A stretch of 64,000 nucleotides of DNA from the NCBI GenBank assembly GCA_951406725.2, contig OX597818.1:112902001-112966000 (forward strand). Reading direction: 5' to 3'. Numbering within the stretch: position 1 is the stretch's first letter; each line of letters starts with the position of its first letter. This DNA is from Octopus vulgaris. Taxonomy: Eukaryota. Position numbers and translations under genes: made by a program. This document shows, one piece after another, positions 54,100-64,000 of this stretch. The notes below the pieces were generated by a model. That model saw only the letters and a list, made by a program, of their open reading frames with translations, was not told the DNA's origin and ran no database searches.

Positions 54100-54745
54100 A
54101 TCTTTGAATGCGAGTGTGAATATTTGTGTACCTATTATATCTAATTTGGCTAATAGAAACGTTGTAAGCAGTTCCATTATTTTCTGGTGCGTTATGTCTA
54201 TACTCCTGTTTTATTAAATGTCTTAACAGTTAATTTATTCTATGCAAAACTTTATTAGCATTATTAATAATAGTACAATATCTGACAATTTGCCCCGCAA
54301 AAACACCATAACCAATAAAAGAAGAAATTCTACTTCTGTTTTAATATAAATGTCAGTATATAATTTCATTATTATCCTTAATTACCAAATAGTAATTACT
54401 AAATTTACATCTATATAATTAATATTCTTAAATTGTTACAATTTCTGGTGGCTATAAGCTCACTAGGGTATATTTTCTCAGTAATAATTCAAAGAAACCA
54501 TAATTAGGTATAAATATATCATATCCATGTTTCTACAGCATCCATTAAGTTGTTTAAGTAAACCAATCTTTTTCCTCGCACATCGGTCTTTAAGAAAAAG
54601 GAACTCGCAAGATGAAAGATAGAGGTCCGCCGACAGAGGTCTACAATTGCCATCCATTGAAATTCCCCTAACCTGTTTAAACATCACACCTGCAAACATA
54701 AGCGATTTATTACTAATAAAACTAATTATTTTTATCATCTTTGCT
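53960..54745 (-). pseudogene. Penelope-like element reverse transcriptase relic
   Basis: FAGVMFKQVRGISMDGNCRPLSADLYLSSCEFLFL...LNGCCRNMD matches the PLE KQ..GIPMG.NC.PL.ADL.L...E and RY.DD motifs. Downstream YPSEL and NYID remnants. Truncated at (TA)n. Confidence 0.8.
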
Positions 54746-55265
54746 TGTGTATATATATATATATATATATATATAAATATATATATATGGGGGTGTGTTT
54801 GTGTGTACATATATATATACATGGGTGTGTGTTTGTGTGTACATATATATGAATTTATATATATATGTGTGTGCGTGTGTATATATGTGTTTATGAGTGT
54901 ATATGTATATAGAGAGATACAATTAGAACGAAAGATAATGTGTAATCATAAATCCATCTCCACCGCTGGTGATTGAGTCTACGCATAGACTCCGAAGTCT
55001 TTTAAGTCCGTAGAGATATTTATTTACGTTTCATTATGTTATGCTGTTTTCTGTGTAATTAATTACTCATTTCTAAACATATAAGAATTAGCTGTATCTC
55101 GAGATAATGACAAATGTCATGACATTCAAGAGATAGCATTTGAATAGATTTAATTTCATATATGTATATCTGCATGTTAATTAAGTTAATGAATTTAAAG
55201 TATTAATTTACCGATCATATATTTCTAGAAATACATGATAACCATGTGTGTGTGGGTGTGCATGC

Positions 55266-55318
<53 letters not shown>

Positions 55319-55638
55319 TATAGATATATACCTATATATACATATATATAGCGATACATATACACAGACACAGAAACACACACACACACACATATATATA
55401 TGAAAGAGTTGCGGAATGGAGTAGATAATATATTAGTTACATATGTGTTTCATAGTGAGTAGAACCTCAGAAGTGATATTTACCGTGAAAAAGAACTTCT
55501 TCAGTTTATCGTACCTCTATACGGAAAAATATCCCCAACCTTCCATCTCAATGAACAACTATTGTTCCCAAAGTTTGTTTCTAATATCTAATACGGATTG
55601 CTTGAAGCTAACTTTCTGTTTACACATCGATATCTGGA

Positions 55639-55724
<86 letters not shown>

Positions 55725-55836
55725 ATAGAAGTATATATATATATAAATGTATGCATGCACACACACACACACACATACATTACATGGTTATCATGTGTAT
55801 ATATATATCATTTCTTTCTTTATTCATACTCTCCTA

Positions 55837-55877
<41 letters not shown>

Positions 55878-57080
55878 CATCTTCAATCCTGTAACGACGT
55901 TCTGTTACTATGAGAGCCAAACCGATAATTAATAACCCGTTGCTCGCGCAAAAACAACAGAACTAAACCTTTTAATTCATCCCGGCAGACCCGAGCAAGA
56001 CTGTTCAAATCCCATTCCATAGCGATTCAGGACACCATTTCTTTTTCGAAGCGATCTTGGTAAAAACCTACTCTCTTTGTCGATGTAGGGAGATTAGTGA
56101 CTCAGCCATGTTTCTAGCTTATCGTGTCTTTTTAAGCAAACCAAGACATGGTTGTATAAATGTAAACAAATGCTTTTTTTTGGGGGGTGGGGGTTGTATT
56201 AAGTAGAAATTTCCGTAATGCGAACGGTTAGTCAAAGAGAAATTAATTTCACACGCCCACATAGAATGAAGTCAATAGCAAATATAATTATATGTTACAG
56301 ACCGGGAGTATACTGATCTTTATCGTATTGGGACTTCGAAGTACACGTTCTCCAGTTTGTCATTGTATCTTCACAAGACACTCAGTTTATTAGCAAAAGA
56401 AAACTTTGTGATACGTTGGTGTTTTGACTGGGCTGTGTCCCACAGTTCAAACCTACCGCCTGATTATTGGATCTACATAAACATACTGACATTTTTTACA
56501 GCAAGAAGCATATCATAAATCATTATCTGATGGCCACTGAATCCGTCTAACCGATACAATTTATGAACATACGAAATTATGTGCGTGTAAAATTTATGTA
56601 CTGAACAAAGGCAGGAAAACGATGATATATCTTCTCAGATATCAGATACCTACACCGAAGCATGTGAATCAAAAGAATGCCCTATCAATATATTCCTAGT
56701 TCTTTCTCGGTGTCTGGAATGTTAATATACTGATCGCTGTTTCTCCACTTAGCCACGGTTTATGCACCATGCATTCGATATCTTGTCGGCAGGGATGGGG
56801 GTGATTCGTTGCATCACTGTGTTCTGACATTGTCGTGTCTCTTCAGTATAAAATACGTTCCGGATAATAATTCAAACTACACCGGTTGAATTATTACCCG
56901 GTGTAGCTTGCTGAAAAAAACAAAACACCAAGCAAAATATCTTGTGATGCGTGTTGATCACAGTCAATATCATCACTTGCACGCGACACAGATAGATACT
57001 AAACAATCACGTATATCTTCGTTCCTTTTTTAGGGACCACCAGAGCTGATCATGAATTACAAAGCTCTATTCTCTTTTGC

Positions 57081-57322
57081 GTGGAGGCGCGTGGCTTAGT
57101 GGTTAGGGTGTCAGCATCATGATCGTAAGATTGTGGTTTCGATTCCTGGACCGAGCAAAACACTTCATTTCACGTTGCTCCAGTCCATTCAGCTGGTAAA
57201 AATGAGTAACACTGCGATGGACTGGCGCCCCGTCCAGCTAGGGAACGCATACGCCATTGGAACCGGGAAACTGGGCCCATGAACCTGGCTAGGCTTTAAA
57301 AGTGTGCATTTATTTTTTCTAT
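57081..57322 (+). mobile_element. SINE family C with perfect 13-bp TSD
   Basis: Homologous to 17195-17463 with a 20-bp deletion after the B box. TSD TATTCTCTTTTGC at 57068-57080 and 57323-57335. Confidence 0.92.
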
Positions 57323-58959
57323 TATTCTCTTTTGCCTTAGAACAGCTGCTTCATGTAGACGAATTTCATTTCATAACATATTCTATCCATAAACGTCAAA
57401 AGACAATGTGATACTACAAAGCTTTGCCCAGGATGTGTCAGTTAATTCCAAACAACCAACAGATCAATTAATCTAACCAAGATTGACGATCTTCGTTCAA
57501 AGAAATCATCAAACACATTATATGTCTATGTGTGTTGAGGAGTTCCAAAAGAATGACTCATAATGTACACACAAAACAGAGAAACATAAACGTTGCTGTA
57601 TCTATCCATTCTTTATAGATTTTGGTAGACCCGGACGTAAATGAAATAATTGCAGCTTTGTTGGTAAAAATCGAAGAACATCTTCACAACTCAGACGATT
57701 CGTGTTGACAGCATTCTTGTTTGGTTGATATAAGTGGACATTGTAACAGCGAAATGCTAAACAAAAGGATCTAATTTATAGAAAGAAGAAGTAAGCTATT
57801 TGCTGATATTTGTTGATGACTCACCATCCAATATCCTTTTATCAGAGAAATTTAAAACAATCAAGTAATACGCTGTGGCATCCCGAGCTCATATATAGTA
57901 ATCGCTGTGTTCATATCGGCTTGGGAAACATTTCTCTTCCTTTTAAACGATGTTTGTTCATCGCACACTCGGTACATTGACAAAAGATTAATTTGTAATA
58001 TTGAAGTTAAACAAGATTAGTGCACCATGTAAATAGAATTTAGGAATCAAATTATTTGCTGACGTGCGCTGATGTTGGCAAAAAGGATAATGAATCATCG
58101 CTCGCATGCAGAATGGCGAGGATAAATATGGCGTATTTATTCAGTCTTAAAAGAATTTTACAAACACCATCGTGTATAAACTCATCAAATTATGGCTCTT
58201 TATCATCTTCGGCGAACATCTATCTTTGAAAAGATGTAAAGAAACTTTCATTGACGTAAAGAAAGTTTTAAGTGACTGTATTTGTTTTTCAGTGGGTGTG
58301 TATTTTATCGTCAAAATTGCACCCACATTAACGGACCCAAACGTGAATACAAGCATTTGTTTATAGAATGTAGCATGCACGTTATTTCTCAGTGCGTGCT
58401 GAAAGCTTCCATGCCCAGGATTATTGCTTGGTTGCACGCAGACAGAGAGAAATAAAGCTAATTATATATCTCTTAATCCTTAATATGTTCTAATTGAAAG
58501 GCACGGGTATTGCTAACAGTAGAATTATTTCGCGTTTCATGTATCCCCCGTCATTTAATCGAAGTGTACTCAAGACGTCTTTGAGAAGTCGAAGAAATGT
58601 GGCCAAGTTGTGTCTGATTTGTCGATGCTACCCTATGATGATTGCAAGTATGTAGAAGTAGTGATACTCCTTTTTTTTAATATATAAACCAACAATTAAA
58701 CATCTGCGTACTGATAGATACCACATCAGTTAATAAGTCCCCCAAAACTACGGAGAATCTATACGATGTGGTGTTTATTTATCTCTTGGCACGTTTTGAT
58801 GGACACGAACGTCAATGCCTTAATCACTAACACATTTGGAAATCAGAGACATCTCCCTTTCGCCGATGTTTCTGCACAATACATTTAATGCATTTACCGA
58901 AGATGGTTTTGTGACACTACACAATAATATTAAGTACAGTCTCGATTTGCAGGAATCAT

Positions 58960-59172
58960 ATGGTGTGTTACCCGGTTTCTATGCTGTATAAGTAACCGGG
59001 AACACACCTGTACCTGCTGAACCGGACGCCTGCTTGTCGAAGGTAATTACCTTACAGCTGAGTAGACAGATGCAATGTGAAATAAAATGTTTTACTTAAA
59101 AGCACAACGCAATGTCGGGATATGAAAACCAAGATTTTGCAAAGGTGAGTGCAATCATTTAATCACCGGAGC
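58960..59172 (-). mobile_element. Old family-C-related SINE
   Basis: Minus strand GCGTTGTGCTTTTAAGTAAAACATTTTATTTCACATTGC...CTCAGCTG...CAGGCGTCCGGTTCAG...GAAACCGGG is colinear with family C. Confidence 0.65.
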
Positions 59173-60360
59173 TCACACGAAAACTAGAAGAATGCTGTAT
59201 CTTATTTATGAATACAAGCGAATACATTCTTTGCTATTGGGTACAGACGACATTTACGTGCAGACAGGATAAAGAGAATCAGATGACTGACGTTTCTATA
59301 CATTTTTAATAAGTCTTAGCAGACGCGATCGTCAGTTTAATCGCCGTTGTTCTATTTCCTTTTCAGAGAAAATCCGCCCCTTGAACTTTGATATTCACAT
59401 ATCATTCGAATTATTTATATAACCCCACTAAGAGTGACAAAACTTTTTAGAATTCGTTGTATTTTACTGAGACCTATACACTGCGCAACGAATCTAAACA
59501 AGAGTAGCGGTTTTTCGTCGTACAATGAGCAAACAGTTTGCTAATGTGTATTGATGTAACTTTTCAGGTGTCGGCAAAATAACACGAATCAAAGTATATA
59601 TTTATTTGATCTTAATACGTTCTGAGAGACCAGAGTCTGAGAATCCTAAGGACTGTTGTATTCGCATTTCGGAGAATGTCTCCGTTAAGATGATTCTTGT
59701 TAAACACACTCATTCTTCACAGATGTAAAAGTATTTTGAGGTACTGTTGTGTTTCGACACTGTTTTGTCTTTTCTATTAACGCTAACCCTGGATCAATGG
59801 ATCTAAAGAAGATTAATGGCTCTTGGTAATAAAATTTTGCAAACAAATTAATTGCTGGAGCGTGCTGATGTCTGCCAAACCGATAATAATTCATCACGTG
59901 CGCACAGAATAGCTGAAATCAAAGCACTGGTGATTCTTTTCATTCTTAATGCATCTTAGCAAACCCGAAACCTAAATATACTAGTCGCTATTGTATTTGG
60001 AATTCGAAGGTTATCCTCTCCTTTTAGTCGTTGTGTGTTCACAACTCTATTCATTCACCGAACAACTCTTTGTGATACTGGGGTCGAGATACTGTCTGTG
60101 TCTCTTCAGTCAATGCTGCCCTTGATCAATAAAGCTAAACCAATGAAATGCTTTTTTTTAAAGGAATCAGTGAACACATTATATTCTAGCGCATAAAGAA
60201 TTCATTATGTTTAGGCAAAACGGCGACAACTAAATCGGTGCTATTTCTATGCATTCTCAGAGCTTTATGGCAGACCCGATCACGTATATTGTAATAGAGG
60301 TTTTATTTGGTCCTCGGAAAAAAAACTTGCTCTAGAAAATTACTATTTTTTAAATCTCAC

Positions 60361-60778
60361 AACGCAGGAGTTGCTGTGTGGTAAATAGCTTTCTTAACAG
60401 CCACATGGTTCCGGGTCCATTCCCACTGCGTAGCACCTTGGGAAAGTGTCTTTTACTAAAGCCTCGAGCCGACCAAAACCTTGAGTAGATTTGGTAGACG
60501 GAAACTGAAAGAAGCCTGTCGTATATATGTATATATTTATATGTATGTATGTGTGTCTGTTTATGTGGATGTGTTTGTCCTCCCAACATCGCTTGACAAC
60601 CGATGGTGGTGTGTTTACGTCCCCGTAATTTAGCGATTCCGCAAAAGAGACCGATAGAATAAGTACTAGGCTTACAAAGAATAAATCTTGGGGTTGATTT
60701 GCTCGACTAAAAAGGCGGTGCTCCAACATGGCCACAGTCAAATGACTGAAACAATTAAAAGAGTAAAAGAGTAAAGAG
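60361..60778 (+). mobile_element. SINE family A, full length
   Basis: Complete head, body and (AAAAGAGT)n tail. Confidence 0.92.
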
Positions 60779-62151
60779 CACTCAGCAATAAGAATTTGTA
60801 GTAAAGATCGTTTCCCCACATAACCCAGAAATCGCGATACACAGATATTGTTTTGAGCTGAGTGGGTGTGCTAGATTCCCTTGTTTGAGAATATAAGAAC
60901 ACAGATCGTGTCGTATAGCCAGCTGGAGATGATATCTCGTGGGGCTAAATTACAGCAAAAGTTATTCTTAAACCAGGACTGCCATGTTATGTTGGCAAAC
61001 AATCTTTACTATAACTTACTCTAGGTGTGAGTTTTCAACACAGCTTTAATTGATTAATAGGAATTTGGGACCCTTCAGTTGTTTGGAGGGTTCCGTTCAG
61101 TGAAACATACCCCCTTTTCCAGGCACCAGAACGTGTGTAATGCTGAGTCATTACACAAATCAACAAAGACTGTACAGGGGCGTGCACGCATCTGCAAAAA
61201 CTAATAATTATTAGGAAGCATAGCATAACCGAGCTAATCGATATAATACCATACCTATTCATCATTAACACTTGTGGCAGTGCCGAGGATGGATATAGCA
61301 ATCCCTGTTTTATTTGAACTGTAGAGCACATCTTAGTTTAGACACTGTGTATTTGCAAATCACTTGATTTATTGATACCGCAGTTAAAGACGATTAAAGG
61401 CATTTACTTGTAAAAATCAGTAAATAAATCTTTCTCTGGTTCCCGCTGATGTTTGCCAATGCCATAATAATTCATTGCTTGCTCGAAGAACAAAAGAGAA
61501 TCTGATCAATAATGCACTGATTCATTCTGGCAGGCCGAGTGTAAATATTATCTATAATGTTGTTTTATTTCGTCTTCGGAGAACATCTCCTTTAAGATGT
61601 TATGTTTTCACAGAGCATTCCATTCATTGAGGTAAGGTGAATTCGACAGAACATTGCTTTTCAACCTTACTGTGTTTATTTCATGTTATACCTGGAAAAA
61701 CGATCTAAACAAGATTAGTAGCTATTTTTAGCAGTAAGCAGCAAACAACTGAAGGACGGTGATGGCTGTGAAACCGATACAAATTCATGATATGTAAGGA
61801 GAAGTGAGCAAATCCAAGTGATAATTTAACTATTAAATCTTAATACATTGTGGCAAACACAAGTGTGAGTATTTTATTCACGGTTCCGTTTCGTTTTCGA
61901 CGAACATCTCTCTTTAGAAGCTGTGTGTTCACAACACAAGCAATGTATCAACGAAAAGCGAATTGGAGAAACCACGGTTAATAACACGTTTCGTCTTTTC
62001 ACTCAAAGTCACACAAGGAACGATCAATTATTTTCTTTATGCATCCTGGTGTTTGCCAAATCTATAACAACAATTTAACAGACGCAGCAGAAAGTCAATC
62101 AAAACAATATCGCATCTAACCATTTGTAATACATCCTGGGTGTGTGTGTGT

Positions 62152-62205
<54 letters not shown>

Positions 62206-62221
62206 AATTAATTTATTATCA

Positions 62222-62565
62222 GAAGCTGGAACTTAACTGTCAAAGAAGAAATTTTAGTCGAAAACATTGCCACCAGTACTTACTTTTTATAAGCCTGGTA
62301 CTTACTGTATCGGTCTCTTTTGCCTAGCCACTAAGTCACGGGAACGTAAACATACCACCACCAGTTGTGGGGCAGCGGTGAGGGGATTAATACAGACGCA
62401 AAGGCACATGCACTTAGATAATATATATATATATATATATATATATACGATGGGTCCTTTCTAGGTTCCATCTACCAAATCCATCCACAAGGCTTTGGTT
62501 GGGCCACTTAGTGGGACTGAAAGGGGGACCATGCTTTTTGGGATGCAAGTTTCTTAACATACGGT
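62222..62565 (-). mobile_element. SINE family A (decayed, deleted)
   Basis: TATCGGTCTCTTTTGCC..CTAAGTCACGGGAACGTAAAC..(TA)n CGATGGG..TACCAAATCC..GTGGGACTGAA. Confidence 0.75.
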
Positions 62566-64000
62566 CAAGTATAACTCCACCTTTCCATCCTCCTCCCTTT
62601 ACTCCTCCTCCCCGTATTCGTCCTCCTCCTCCTCATCCTCAACATCATCATCATTATCATCAGATACATAAAATGCTCCACTGCCTATGACTATGGAGCC
62701 ATTTTTGTTTTGGCTAGCGTATACAGATTTTTGGAAACTGAAAACTCGTCTCACCGTCTTCCGTCTTTGCCAGGGCTTTGTACGAGAAACCAGGATTTTC
62801 TTGCGTATAATAACCACACAACCGAAGCCTAAATGCTGCAGTTCTTATAACAAGTTTGATGCGATGATACTCAGAGATGAGTGCCATAAATACAGTCTAG
62901 TTTTTGATGCGGAATATCTTCACGACTTGCTACTGACATATCTATAATTTTCTCAAATTATCAGTGTTAAACCTATCTTAGGCGATAGATAACAATCTTG
63001 CAAGAGTGTGAAACAGTTGAAGTGAATTTGCCTGACGTTTCTAATGATAGAATTTACTACAGGATCCATAATCTGAAATCTAGTAAGTTATCTATATACA
63101 AACCAATACCTTGAAAGAGAAGCAAGCGATATGAATATCAGATGTGTGCATATTACATAAGTCCTTTATAAGAGAATATAATACTCAACAAAATGCAGCG
63201 AATGTAACAATATTCTAGTATAACATATTTAGATAGGTCACTAATATAAGATATCTCTAAGCATTCATTAAATAACACGGAGAGACTGAGGAATTTCAAC
63301 CGTGTTTCGTGGTCTGCTACCACAACAGCTCCTTTATAGGATCCAGTTAGCTCAAGACATCATCAGGAGGAACCACGTCCGCTTTCGGCCCCTACTCCTC
63401 TACCGTTTTGACGTAGCGGAGCCCCCCTTTCAGAGGTGTCTTCAGCTCTGGTGTTGGGTGCATGTCTGCTTTCATCTTCTTTCTTCTGTTCCCTTGCCTC
63501 TTCGATATAAGATGTTCCGGCGGAAATAAGAGAGCGCTAAACTTCATCAAGTCTATATGAAATATAATAGACAAGAGTAAATTATTTTACATAATTTTAA
63601 GCAATGTTACAGCATCGTTGCAGCAAGAATAATGTTTATTGCTGGAAAGATGTGAAAACTGTTGGTGATGTCAACATATTAGAATAAATTACACTTCATG
63701 GATTGTTAGTATTACTAACGATAATTTCAGATCCATTTAAAAATGACTTATTGTAAAGAGCTGCCGATTCTGTGCAAAAACAAAAACGAAAATCAAGGTC
63801 TTTGCATTCATAGAAATAAATAGCAAGTTCTACTCACGGGGAAATATACAACATCCACACAATGAATCGGAATCTGTGTGTGACAGATGAATTACATTGG
63901 ATAATGTCGCTTAAAATATGGGTCGATAGGATCCACCGATGCTCGTAACTGCTGGAAGGTCTCTGATCAAAATGCATATTGTGTAAACCATGTGAGGCCT

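Larger units (their letters stand above)
56400..62140. repeat. Highly diverged tandem array, ~310-330-bp period, interrupted by three SINEs
   Basis: Anchors recur in constant order: GAACATCT-like (57676, 58214, 58846, 59366, 59673, 61581, 61903), TCTAAACAAGATT-like (57473, 58007, 59493, 59802, 60134, 61383, 61704) and GCTGATGT.TGCC-like (58068, 58398, 59864, 61445, 62046). Confidence 0.7.

Noticed and set aside
57600-62100. Protocadherin, CUB, CARD or selenoprotein identity for the degenerate array
   Set aside because: The period fits, but no diagnostic motifs (LDRE, DxNDNxP, SPNYP) were found, and recurrent TAA/TAG stops accompany the TGA.

Overview
AT-rich, microsatellite-saturated eukaryotic non-coding DNA. 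It is probably coleoid cephalopod (Octopus-like), inferred from the recalled tRNA-derived SINE families and not verified by search. No intact host protein-coding gene was recognised; most of the long supplied ORFs are translated microsatellites or SINE sequence. The window contains ~30 copies of three tRNA-derived SINE families, decayed LINEs (R4/Dong-type with restriction-like endonuclease, CR1/Jockey-like, I/Ingi-like), a DD37D (maT) Tc1/mariner relic, a pogo/Tigger-like MITE, and Penelope-like element (PLE) RT and GIY-YIG relics. Four patterns stand out. (i) About 20 intact or decayed minimal hammerhead-ribozyme (HHR) motifs occur in several unrelated short elements next to (TA)n tracts, including a 363-bp retrozyme-like tandem array with a compensatory U3-A8 core. 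(ii) Fold-back (snap-back) inversions recur at these insertions and at a Dong LINE, and one of them copies neighbouring flank DNA. (iii) A tRNA-Ile head is joined to an HHR tail in one element. (iv) A cryptic, highly diverged ~310-330-bp tandem array of unknown origin spans ~56.4-62.1 kb. Coordinates were read by eye, and boundaries of decayed elements are approximate.
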